64,000 bases of DNA from positions 2,480,001 to 2,544,000 of the forward strand of contig JBLDXI010000032.1 in the NCBI GenBank assembly GCA_047495785.1. The letters are read 5' to 3'. Below the pieces are notes generated by a model that was given only the letters and a program-made list of their open reading frames with translations, was not told the origin of the DNA and searched no databases. This document shows positions 27,657 to 40,148 of this stretch, piece after piece; the first letter of the stretch is position 1; each line of letters starts with the position of its first letter. This DNA comes from Lepidodermella squamata (Eukaryota; Animalia; Gastrotricha). Both the position numbers and the translations under genes were made by a program.

Positions 27657-28894
27657 ATGGAAATGGAATCATCTGCTTTGACAGCGACTGCATCACTCGA
27701 AATTAAAGCTGCTTCTGACGCTAAAGAAGTAGCGGAGCACGCAGAGCAAATAATTCCTGATGGGCCCAGCAAAGAGGCGGATAAAGAAGCTATAAAGATA
27801 AAAATATCATATGCGAAGCAATCTTTGGATGTAATTGCCGAGGCAAGAGTTTGGAAGCTAGGTTGAATTGTCGATCATTGCGTTTCATTTTACAGCCTGA
27901 TGATACAGTGCATGTGCTGAAGAACCGTATTGAAGTCGTAAGCGGTATACCGGTTGGCATGCAGAAGCTTGTTTACAAAGGTATGCCGGAATTAAATGCT
28001 AATTTTGATAGAAATCCTATGCCTCGAAATCGCGAAATTTCACATTTCATTGCTTAAATTGTTTGATTGGTTCATCAATTACCCTTACCATTGTATGTAT
28101 TCAGGTCTCGCCCGCGATGATCAAACGCTTCGAGAACTCAACGTTAATAACGGTGCAAAATTTATGCTCATTGGATCTACTGCTGAAGCCATTCAAGAAA
28201 TGAACCGGGCTGTTTCTATTGCGCAGGCTTCACCAGACGAAGCTAATTCGGTCACCAAGAAAGAACCCCTCTCATCTCAAAAACCGCACTGCATTGTTTT
28301 AGAGAAACACAAGATGCCGGAAGATGTTATGCCGGGAATTTTGAATTGTAAAGAGCCGCTTCCATCTGTTCCTCTTCATGGTTAGTTATTGGATCTTTGG
28401 ACTTGAATGTTGTATACTAAATTTGTCTAAATGAATTGGCGCTAATATTAAAGGCATGTACAACAAGTACGGATCTAAAGTTCGCCTCACTTTCAAGCTT
28501 GAGACTGATCATCTGTGGATAGGGACTAAAGGTAATGTCTTTCTTTTTCAATATTCCATCTGGCGATTAATATTGTCCAATTATTTTCTTCTTAGAACGA
28601 ACTGACAAGATACCAATGGATTCTATCCGATCAGTCGTTAGGTATATTTTTCCCGCTTTCTTCATAACGATGGACTTATCATTTCATCACTTTCTAGTGA
28701 ACCGATTGTTGGCCACGAAGAATACCACATGATGGTGAGAAATCACTTCATTTATGGAATCTCTTTTTCATTCCATAAATATACAGGGTTTACAAATGGG
28801 CCCAACTGAAGCTTCGAGATACTGGATTTACTGGGTTCCTGCACAATATGTTGATGCGATCAAAAATACTGTTCTAGGAGCTTTTCCATTTTAA
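27657..28894 (+). CDS. UBFD1: Ubiquitin family domain-containing protein 1, multi-exon
   Basis: UBL (GIPVGMQKLVYKGL), HCIVLEK..PED.MPG, GMYNKYGSKVRLTFKLE, GPTEASRYWIYWVPAQYVDAIK. Confidence 0.93.
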
Positions 28895-29498
28895 AATCCC
28901 CGCCTACTCCTGAAAGTGAGGACGACACATTTTAGTGCATGTCATTTTGCTATATAGGTACTCGCCTTTCTTCTTTGGTATTGCTTTTCCCTTATTAATG
29001 AGAGCGATTCTAGTTAGCTTTTTCTCATCAGACCGAGTGAATACCTGAAAATTTATGATATTTCAGCCTCTTGAAGAATTGTACCTGACTTCGGGAGTTT
29101 TGTAAATTTTTATGAGACATCCCACTTTAAACAATGTGATCTAACTTGCCTTGGAGCGTGAGGGTGGGTTTGCGCTTTTTCGATGAGACATCAAGTCTTT
29201 CTTAATTGTATGGCACATTTCGAGTTCTATTCTCTACTGTTACAGTGCTCTGAAAGAGCATTCTAATCATTCATTGACATGCGTCGAAATGCAACATTTC
29301 GAGCTAACCTTATGGCCGGACTAGCCGACAGTTTCGACCTCGGCAAAACAATAACGGAGTTGACAGAAGGCGATAAAGAAGGCTTTTTGTTATTAAACTT
29401 ATTTTTTCATTCGAATTATTTTATCGTTTGCACTGTTAGTCACTAGGTATATTAATTGAAAAGAAGAGATTTCGCATTGCAATCAGCGATTTTTCTAA

Positions 29499-30624
29499 AT
29501 GGCGGAGAATGACGTCGAGAATTGGCGTCGAATAGCAGAGGACAGATTGCAAAAGCTGAGTGATTTACAAACTGAGTACGAGGAATTCCAAGCGACCAGT
29601 CGCGATTTCGAAGCGGAGTTGGAACGCGAACTAGAGGCAAAAGACCGAGCCCTGAAAGAAGCGAATTCGAACTTCACAAGGCTGGCGGAAGAACGTGAGG
29701 CGTTACGCGGACGTGTCGTCAATCTACAGGCTGAGCTTACTCGGCTTGAAGCAGAAAACGACCAGCTTCGCAACTCTGAGCTGGTATCCAAGGACATAAT
29801 CCGTCAGCTTGAACAGAAAAATGACGACCTCGAACGCAGTCTAAGAGCGACAGCGTCGAGTCTGGAGGATTTGGAACAGCGGTTCTCTCAGTCTCTTGAG
29901 GAAAAAGCGTTGCTTTCTAGTGAACTTTCCGAGAAGGAAGCACTTCAGGTAGCGGTGCAAAGGCTTAAAGACGAGGTGCGAGATCTGCGGCAAGAAATGA
30001 GCGTGCGTGTTCAGCATGAACAGCAACAACCCCCGGTTGGCAATCAGCAGCACCAGCGTAGGCGAAACACGGATTCAGCTTCCACCTCGAGCGCCGGTTT
30101 GAACGGCCACTCGGGATCCCCGCCGAGCCTAGAACCCCTCATCAACCCCACCGACCAACTCGGAGCCGTACTGGCTCTGCAGGCATCGCAGATACCTCCA
30201 ACTGCTCAACCCCGGCGTAGTTTAGGTGTCTCTACTCGTCAAGCTGCTCTCGATTGTGTGCAACAACTTATTAACTGTGTAACGGTAAGATGATTTTCCT
30301 ATCAGAGACTTCGCCCTTCTAAATTAAGCACTTGCAATTTCATCAATTGAAAGATGATGGATTTCGTATTGAGAAATAAGTGTTTCTTTTTTGTATAATT
30401 CTTAGATGATGGAGTCTAAAGTCGATCAGCTAAAACGCAGGATGGACCGAGAACCGCTTAACGGCAGCGCAAACAACGCAGTAACAACACCGTCAAAAAC
30501 CGTCCCTTTAATGACGTCGAACGCAATAAATGGCAATCATGCTTCGGCTTCGGCCTCTCGCCTCGTCACTCACGCGCAACAGGTTGCAGTGCAATCTAGC
30601 GGCGTGGCCCCTAAGCGCTTCTGA
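29499..30624 (+). CDS. NDE1: NudE/NDEL1 dynein regulator, 2 exons
   Basis: EYEEFQATSRDFEAELE, IRQLEQKNDDLER, VQRLKDEVRDLRQE, RQAALDCV..MMESK. Confidence 0.93.
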
Positions 30625-31853
30625 GCGAAACTCAAAAGCCTTGAATTTATGTGCAGCTATTAAATTGCAATAACTATTTTTGCAAGTACAAAAACAGTCC
30701 TCGCTCCAAGCTGATTTGTTGTCTGCCGTGCGTCTGACATGGCAAATGACAGTTAATCAATGTTTCTACCGTCTTCCTTTTTGTTTTCGGAGTTATTAGT
30801 TGGCAATACGATGTAGCGAGCCTTGCGAGACTTGACTAGCTCAAGACCAGCGTGCGCCGGCTATGCCTTTCTGGTCGATTTGATAGATTAGTTGCTGCGT
30901 GGGGTCTGCTGTTGGCTGATTTTTTGCTAACACTCTCTACTCTATCTTCTTTCCTTTTAACGCTACGGTTAGCCCATCGATTTGCTACAATGACGGGGTC
31001 ACCGCAACCGCCATCGCTGCTCTCTCGACGATCGGTTACAACGTTTGCGTTTCTCTGGGTTTTTTTATGTCCGTCCAACAGTAGACGGACGAAGCCAAAC
31101 CTGATCGCATATTATTACCACCTAACCTATTACGCTATCATATGACAAAATATATATACATACACAGCTTAACTTTTTCGATAAACTTAAGTTATCATTA
31201 CTCCGGTTTTGTTAGTTGCTCTTTTTTTCTAGAGCAACTTGACATGATACTTCGTGTAAAGGCGCACTGATGTAGATTATTGTCGAACTTCATTTCTTTA
31301 TTTCCCTCTTTTAGTGTTATCTCTATCACCGAAAGATTCCATCACAGTTGTCGCGCAAGGACTGTGATTGCGGTGGTCCGTTGCCCTGAGAGCGATTTTT
31401 TGTATTCGTCATCTTCTTATACACTTCTTTTTAATGTTTTTGTTTGACATCTAGTAGGGAGAAGACCAACATGATTAACTCCCATTCCGCTCCTTTCTTA
31501 TTCTTGCACCGCAAATGGAAGCGGTGCGATTGTAAACGGCATTGTTGCGATATGATGAATAACATTATGATTTTCTGTTTTTATAAAAAATACCCTCAAA
31601 TATCGAGAATGATAGAGACAAGAATGTACTGTTCTGGCAATTTATTATTGTATCTGTTTCGACCTGCGTGTTTTTTTTTGCTTTGGCTGGTTTGGATTGA
31701 TATAGTTATTATAATTATTATTTGACTTGAAGTTGATGTCGAAAACAATTGAATGACGAAGTTATCAGCCTCGTGCGAGAGCTGCGAGTAATTGATGCCA
31801 AATGAAACAAAAACTGAAATTTCGTTGCTTTTCTTAGGCATATTTATTATAAA

Positions 31854-34800
31854 ATGCTAAGGATTCCCGGCATTGCCAACGGCCGTTTCGGAACCAAATT
31901 CATTCTCAGCACCATTCGGGGCAGCGAAGACACAGTATGTCGCATGCTGGCATCGAAATCCAATGCGGCAGCACCACTCTCGCCCGTGTTGAAGCAGAGC
32001 TTTCTTAGCGGCTCGAATGCTGCCTACGTGGAAGAAATGTACGAGGCGTGGCAGCAGGACCCATCGAAGGTCCACAAATCTTGGGATGCATACTTCCGCG
32101 CCGTCACCAGCGGCGCGCCAGTAGGCACCGAGTATGTTTCGCCATACAATTTGCTAAGCCAACTCGGCCAACAGCAAGTAGCTACGCTGCAACAAATTCT
32201 CTCTGGAGGCGGTGCCCAGTTGGCTCCGAGTGACTCCTTAGCAACTCAGGGCAATATTAGCAAACTGATCAGCGACCACCTTAGCGTTCAAGCAATCATT
32301 CGTTACTACCAGTTGAAGGGTCACCACATCGCTAAATTGGACCCTCTAGGAATTGGAGCCGCAGATTTATGTGACGAAATCCCTGAGGAACTCAAGTTAG
32401 AAACTTACGGCTTCACTGAGAAGGACCTAGATCGTGTTTTTCGCGTTTCTGCGGTCACTACTTACATTGGCGGTGACAATGACGCTGATTTGACGTTGCG
32501 CGAGATTATCGATCGACTCCAAGCTGCTTACTGCCATCATATTGGCGTTGAATTTCTGTCCATCAACAACCGAGACCAGATCAATTGGTTGAAGCAGCGC
32601 TTCGAAAAGCCGAATATTGTGTACAACAGTTTGAAACCCGAGGAAAAGCGTCTGTTGCTGGCTCGACTAATCCGTTCAACCATGTTTGAACAATTTCTGG
32701 CGAAGAAATGGCCGGGTGAGAAGCGATTCGGCCTCGAAGGTTGCGAGGTAATGATTCCGGCGATGAAAACCATAATTGACCGCGCAACTGAGCACGGCGT
32801 CTCCTCGTTTGTTATCGGCATGCCTCATCGGGGTCGACTCAATGTTTTGGCCAACGTTTGCCGCAAACCACTTGAACAACTTTTGTGCCAATTCGACCCG
32901 TATGTTGAGGCGAATGACACTGGCTCTGGTGACGTCAAATATCACTTGGGCATGTCACACGAGCGCATTAACCGACTTACGAACAAGAAAATTAAGCTGG
33001 CTGTTGTCGCGAATCCATCTCACCTCGAAGCCGTTGACCCCGTTGTTCAGGGTAAAACGAAGGCGGAAATGTATTACCGGGGCGATGAACACGGCAAGAC
33101 TGTCATGTCGATCCTACTTCACGGTGACGCTGCCTTCGCCGGCCAGGGCGTCGTCTATGAAACGCTGCATTTGTCCGACTTGCCGCACTACACCACCCAT
33201 GGTACGATTCACATTGTTGTCAACAATCAGATCGGTTTCACGACGGACCCGCGTATGTCGCGCTCGTCCCCCTACTGCACGGATGTGGCGCACGTGTTGA
33301 AGGCGCCGATCTTCCACGTCAACTCGGACGACCCCGAGGCCGTTGAGTACGTGTGCCGCGTCGCGGCTGACTGGCGCTCCACCTTCGGCAAGGACTGCGT
33401 CATCGACTTGGTCTGCTACCGTCGCCACGGCCACAACGAAATGGACGAGCCCATGTACACGCAGCCGCGTATGTACACCGCTATTAAGAAGCACCCCCGC
33501 GTTCTTGACATTTACTCGAAGAAGCTGATCGACGAGGGCGCCGTCACCCAGGAAGAGTACCAAGCTGAGATTCAGAAGTACGAAAATATCTGCGAAGAGG
33601 CGTTCAAGAAATCGAAGAAGAACGCCGCTGTTCGGTGGCGTGATTGGCTGGACTCGCCGTGGTCGTCCTTTTTCGAGACGCGCGATCCGATGAAGTTGCC
33701 GGTGACTGGTGTCGATGAGAGCATTCTCTCTTTGATCGGCACGAAGATGTGCGAGATCCCTGGTGCCGATTTCACCCTGCACCGCGGTCTCGTCAAGGTG
33801 CTTGAGCAGCGCCGTAACATGGTCACGGAGCGCTGGGCTGACTGGGCTATGGCCGAGTCGATGGCGTTCGGCTCGTTGTTGCTCGAAGGTACCCATGTCA
33901 GATTGTCCGGGCAAGACGTCGAGCGCGGTACTTTCTCGCAGCGCCATCACGTTCTTCACGACCAGAAGGTTGACAAACACACTCACGTGCCGTTGAACCA
34001 GCTGACGGAAAAGGCGAAGTACGAAGTTTGCAATTCATCCCTCTCTGAGTTCGCCGTCTTGGGCTTCGAACTCGGCTACTCTATGCAGAGCCCTGACGCT
34101 CTCGTCTTGTGGGAAGCGCAGTTCGGCGACTTTGCCAACAACGCGCAGTGCATCATCGATCAATTTATTTCGTCGGGCCAGTCGAAATGGGTCCGCCAGT
34201 CGAGTATTGTCTTGATGTTGCCGCACGGCTACGAAGGTATGGGCCCTGAGCATTCGTCGGCCCGTTTGGAGCGATACCTTCAATCTTGCGCGGATGATAC
34301 TGATGTCATGTTGAAGATTGATAGCAATTTCGAGATGCAACAGTTGCACGAATGCAACTGGATCGTCGCCAACTGCACGACCCCAGCTAACCACTTCCAT
34401 ATTCTACGCCGTCAGATCCACCTGCCGTTCCGCAAGCCGCTTGTTCTGATGACACCGAAATCGGGTCTCCGCCACAAGGACGTCCGCTCGTCCTTCGATG
34501 ATATGAAAGCGGGCTCGCGCTTCCAGCGTGTCATTGCCGACGACGGACCAGCAAGTCTGCCTGAAAACGCTGCGAATGTGAAGAAGGTCCTGTTCTGCAG
34601 CGGAAAGGTCTACTATGATGTGAAGAAAGAACGTGACGTCAAGAAACTGGACTCGCAAATCGCTCTGATCCGCGTCGAGCAACTCGCCCCCTTCCCCTAT
34701 GACCAAATCCTTGAAGAACTGCGCAGGTACCCGAAGGCTAAGGTCTGCTGGCTTCAGGTTTGTCATTCCGCTTCATCGATGATTCACATTTAAGGATTAC

Positions 34801-35004
34801 TTTTTTGTTTAATAGGAGGAGCACAAAAATCAAGGCGCTTGGTCCTACATCAAGCCTCGCATGCGCAATGCAATTAACAACGAGGGCAGCGCACGTTACA
34901 TCAAGTACATTGGTCGTGACCCGTCATCTTCGACAGCAACCGGCAACAAGCACCAGCACGTATTGGAGACCTCGAAGCTTCTGCAAGAAGCTCTGTCTGT
35001 CTAA
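31854..35004 (+). CDS. OGDH: 2-oxoglutarate dehydrogenase E1, mitochondrial; single intron 34758-34815
   Basis: [54 protein letters not shown]|EEHKNQG. Confidence 0.98.
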
Positions 35005-35851
35005 TTGTGTCTCTGGCGTTGTTTTAGCTGATTATATTCACTCTGGAATGAGACTTATTGTCCTTTAGTTTTTTAACTTGGAAGAAACCAACTTGGGCGC
35101 TTCTTCTCAACCTGCTAACCCTATATGAGAACATCTGTCGCGGGTAGAACTGCTTAAATTCTTGAAATATCTAATCAAATTATGTTATGACCCGTCCTTT
35201 GCGAAAAACGGCCCAAACCTTTTCCGTATTTTCTGGTTGCTTGCAAGTGATAACTCTACGTAGTTACGCTGTGTTGTTTTTTCAGTCGAAACAGCCAAAA
35301 GCTGCCGCTGGCAGGATAGTTCTATTATTCCGTCCTCTACTAATACACTGGAAGGCAAGCGATGTCTTTCACACCCGTTTTTTCTCATGCCGAGTTGCGT
35401 GCATCATCAAACTAATCGTAGATTATCTATTGTTGTCGCTTCTTTTAGACCTTAAATCATGCTTAATCCATCATTATCTGATAATATCCTGGTGTTACAC
35501 ACGCACTATAATTTTCGAATGAAAAAAATACCTTTGTCTAGTTGTTATCGACGATCAAGCTACTGTCAGTTGCCCCGGAAAGTTTGAAGAAATATATTAA
35601 TATTTATCCATTACCAATGCCGTTTTGTTGCATTGAAAAAATGACATGAATGAAATCTGCACTGGGCTGCCTATTTTTCTCTCGTTCTCTTTATTCGCGT
35701 GTTTGTGTGTACCTTGAAGATCGAGATTGGCGATGACCCTATAACAAAGAATGATGCAAGATTATACAGTAAAACAGCCCTCGGCAGGTTGAAAGTAAAT
35801 TGATTGAAATGTTTCAATTTTTTTAGGGATTAACGAAAATTTTCCGATTAA

Positions 35852-37825
35852 ATGCTGGCAACGATCACTAATCGATTCAATAACATCGTCTCTTACTTCA
35901 GGCCAGGCAATGGCTCCAGCTCAAGCGGGCCGGCCGGCAGCGACCAGCGGGCGGCTCAAACTTGTTACCGCTACATTCCTAACACCGAGAGTCATTATTT
36001 CGCCGACAGCTTCATTCTAGGCAGCGAGAAGTTCGAAACACTCCAGCCGGAGACATTCCTATTTGGTGATAACTCGGATCTGAATTTTTTGAATCCCGAG
36101 CCTCTTCAGGTGCCGTTCAATTTGTCGATGGAACTGTCTCCGGTTTATCCTATTCGCAGTCTGATTCACGTGCGCAGGGATACTATCCGTCTCGTTCGCA
36201 ATCCGTCGGCACCCCAGTCGTATCGAGTTGAGTTCTTTTTCGACTGTGACGTACCAGTAGAAATTACTGTTCGATGCCTCGTCAAAGAAACTTTCATCGG
36301 CAACAATGGCGGCCAGCTGTTACTGAACTACCAACCGACCAACGATCAGTTTTCGACGGTGTCGCCAATTTATCGCTACCCTAGTGGTGGGGCGCAGCTT
36401 TTCTCGAAAAATGATTGGTCATTCACGCCGTCGGACTGGCCAACTGATTCGTGGCTGTTGAACGCCGATCCCACTTCGTCCACGCTGACTGTGCCAATCG
36501 TGGTCAGGTGCCGAACCAGTGCGCCCAGCGAAGTTGCCCAGGCACGACGTGTTGCCCAGGCTCAAAATCAAAACGGGCAGCAACAGCAGCAGCAACAACA
36601 GCCGGCACCCCAACAAGAGCACGTGGTGCTGATTGGACTCGAGAAATCGTCGAACGGCGACGGCTCGTTCCACCTTAAAGTTGTTCGGCAGAAGCTTGTC
36701 GACAACGGTTGCGGCTGTGTGTTTCTATTGCATGAACTCTACGGAGCTGAGAATAAGCAAATGAACGCCATAACTGCTCCAGTTATTGCTCCTGTCACGC
36801 TGAAAAAAGTGGACGAGCAGGCTCAAAACGAAGAGACTGCTGAGTTGACGGCGAATAATGCGACGGAAACAACCGCCACGGATGCTACAGCCGCAGCGAC
36901 GACGATACCAGCTGCAACTGCTCCTCTTGCCATACCGGCTGCCGCCCCAGCCGACGATGCTCTATCTGAAGTACGTTTCGCCTGATTGAATTCGTTTGCA
37001 TTCAGTATTTTTTCGGTTTCAGTTGGACGATTCTGCTGGCGAGTGCGTTGTGTGCATGTCGTCTGAGCGCGACACAGTTTTATTGCCATGTCGACATTTG
37101 TGTGTCTGCGCAACGTAAGTCTTGCGTACCAGTTCGTTTCAGTATCATTTCATCGCCCATTCTTTTAGATGTGCCGAATCATTGCGATCTCAATGTGCCG
37201 ATTGCCCTATTTGCCGTTTGCCATTCAAAGTAAGAAGCCATTTCATTTATATCACGGTGGTGTTAATTGATGCGTAGGCTCTATTGCGGCTTCGAGCGGT
37301 GCGACCTGCTGACCCGGCCATGGCGGCCTCAAACTCAATGCTGCTGTCGACGACTGGCATCGACCCTGGTTTTGCCCTATCATCGCCAACTGTTATGAAT
37401 GGACACAGCCAAAACGCTGGTCCTAGTGGAGCTGTTGATGCAATCACTGGTGAGAATACTCCTCCTGGCTACTCGAGGTATGATAGTTCTCCCTTGTCTC
37501 TCTCGATCTATTTTATTCGTGATTCAGTGTTTCGTTAATGGAAGCGCTTTACGGCGCATATGCTGCTAATTTCCGCAAATCGCGCCCGTCAACGTCGAGC
37601 CAAATGATTCCGCAGAACATCATGCGCCCCGACACCGCGTCACCGCTGCCGACCGCCTCTATGGCGACCCCGAGGCCAACGCAGCAGACGCCTATATTCG
37701 GGCGACAGCTCAGCATAGCTCCGAACGATGATGGTACGGTTAACTCAAATCATTGTGGTGATAACACCAATTTAGCGTTTGAAACTAATGAAAAACCTAA
37801 TGATGATTCAAATTCGATCGCGTAG
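35852..37825 (+). CDS. MGRN1: MGRN1/RNF157-type RING E3 ligase
   Basis: QPETFLFGDNSDLNFL, LIHVRRDTIRLV, LHELYGAE, spliced RING CVVCM..LLPCRHLCVCATCA..CPICR, PPGY.SVSLMEAL. Confidence 0.9.
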
Positions 37826-39009
37826 CTTGAAGACGGAAGTCAACCGAAAAAAACGCTCATCATATCTCAATATTTTCTCATGTTGTGTCGTTCAATCAGA
37901 TGTCTAACCCTGCACGCCAGCACTCGTTGCGCATTTGGTCGCACAAAACGTATATGTCACAAGTACAAAAGTTGACAGTAGCCGTAAATTTCTCGTTTAG
38001 ATGGCGTAACATTTGCGTTCTGTTTTTTCTAATTTCCTTTATTTGTTGTGTTGCCCCCTTTTGCTGAACATCAATTAATTATTATTACCATTTTCGATTC
38101 ATTTCACTTGGCTCTGTGATCTCTGGCTTTGCTTCTCTTTTGTACCACTAGCAAGTGTCGTTCATATAAGATTTCTATCTAACTTGATCCTGAGTACACA
38201 CCCACCTTGAGTCTGCGGTCTCGCGACGCGCTGTTCATCCCTCCAATGTTGTCGAGTGATGCGTCGTGCTTTTTTCTTTTGGTTAACTTTATGTTCATTG
38301 TTTTCCGCGGGCCTAGTCAGGTAGCTGCTAATTTATTTTCTCAACAATGAGATCGCAGAGGCCGTATCGCATCGCCCGCCGCTGCTTTTTCGATCGAGCT
38401 GAGTTGCTCTAGAAATGCGACGATTTATAATTGGTCATCATCATCATCGTCAACCGCGCTGATGAACGGAATACATATTTGGCTATAAGCTGCTGTTTCT
38501 TTGCTGTTGTTCTCAGTGCACACATTATTTTGATACTTATTGATTGGCTGCGTTTTGTAACTGCAATCGCAAAGTATTGGCAATATGATACATTATTAAT
38601 TATGCGGCATTGGATTATACTGTGAACATTCTGGCTTGATAACTGATGTTATGAATTACTAAGTGAGTCAAATCCTCTCTGTTTTGCTGTTTTAGTGGAA
38701 AATTTAATTGACCGAAGTTAATTTTATTACGAAGCTCCCCTCTATAGTACTATTTTCTACCTTAGCTTTTCCATAGTAAGAAGACAATTGGCTTTGTTTG
38801 ATTCTGAGAGATATATTTTCTAGTTACATATTTTGCAAAAGAACACTTGTTGATGGAGATTTTATTGATATTCTACACGGTTTTGCTATGAATTAAATGA
38901 ATGGCAGAATAAAAAACTATAGTTCTATAATTTCTAAAGTTTGCTTTGTTTTAGTCGCCTAGATTTGCCCTTTAATTTGAAATGTCTGGAATTCGCTAGG
39001 TTTCGAAAT

Positions 39010-39904
39010 ATGCAATATATCCTCGTTTTGGTGCGTCAGTAAGTTGGCCTATTTTGCGTGAAATACAGCTTAGCATTCTCGTTGATTAGCGCCGAAACGG
39101 AGGGCAATATCAGAGGAGAAATTCAAGGGCACAGAGACTCGCCGCTATCAATGAATGGCGTCCACGGTGCCGAAATTTTAGCCGAGTGGTTGTCGCCAGT
39201 AAAATTCTCCCACGTAGTCACTTCAGATTTGGTAAATTAGTGTAAATTTGGAATTATCTTTCCTACAATTTTATCACTTTTAGGGAAGAGCGATCAGAAC
39301 TAGCGAGATTGTTATCTCTAGAAATAAGGCGGCTAATGCGAATGCATCTGACATAACTTTCATTCGTGACGAGAAGATTCGAGAGAGAAATTTTGGCGAT
39401 AAATGGAGCGGCAGGTCATTCCGCGAATTGTACGCCGAGGCGAGTCGTGCCGGCGCGATCTACCCTAATTTCGCACCTGATGGCATCGAATCTCTGCATC
39501 ATTTGCGGCAACGGGCTTCCGAATTTTTCGGCCATTTGTCGCGTATCATGTTCACGACTTGCAAAGAACCGTTCGCTGTGAGCTCGGAAGCGAGAAGCCG
39601 GCTCGGTGTCAGCCCGTCGTTCGATGCGAGCAGAATTAACGCTGTTGTACTACTGGTAACTCACGGCGGCATCATCCGTGAGCTGCTAGCTGATCTCTCT
39701 GCTAAAAAACTAGTCCATGGCGGGTTGCCTGCTGCAGCGCAAAAACTCGCCGGAAATTGTTGCTATTCCACGATTGTTGTCAGTGTCGGCGAGCAGACAT
39801 CGCCTGAACTGCCGCTGAGCTGCGTGCAGGACGTGCAGATTCTTCATGCCAATGCGAAGCCTCAAGAACAGCATCCAAATATCAAATTGCCGGCAGCCAA
39901 ATAA
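39010..39904 (+). CDS. Histidine phosphatase (TIGAR/phosphoglycerate mutase-like), 3 exons
   Basis: LVRH|AET, IQGHRDSPLS, SDL.RA..T, RERNFG, LVTHGGII. Confidence 0.85.
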
Positions 39905-40148
39905 TCATGGTTGAACTCTCTTTTTTGAGAAATTGCTATATATCTACAACATGCGCTGTTGTTTTTGATTTTTGCATCTGTCTATCTTCTGAAACAAATT
40001 TACACTGCTTCTCAGTGGTTTGCCAAGTTTCGTCGCATTCCTTTTTCTATAAAAGCTTACCGTTCTTTTGATATAAACGACGTATTGGAATTAAATTCTT
40101 CATCTGCATATTTGTGGGTTTTTTTACTACTTAGTGTTGATTTTTATT

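Noticed and set aside
27843-27895. Possible GC-AG intron in UBFD1
   Set aside because: An in-frame GT donor at 27849 explains the join equally well.
33114-34766. Long antisense ORFs (290, 121 and 120 aa) over OGDH
   Set aside because: Shadows of strong codon bias on the coding strand; no recognisable motifs.
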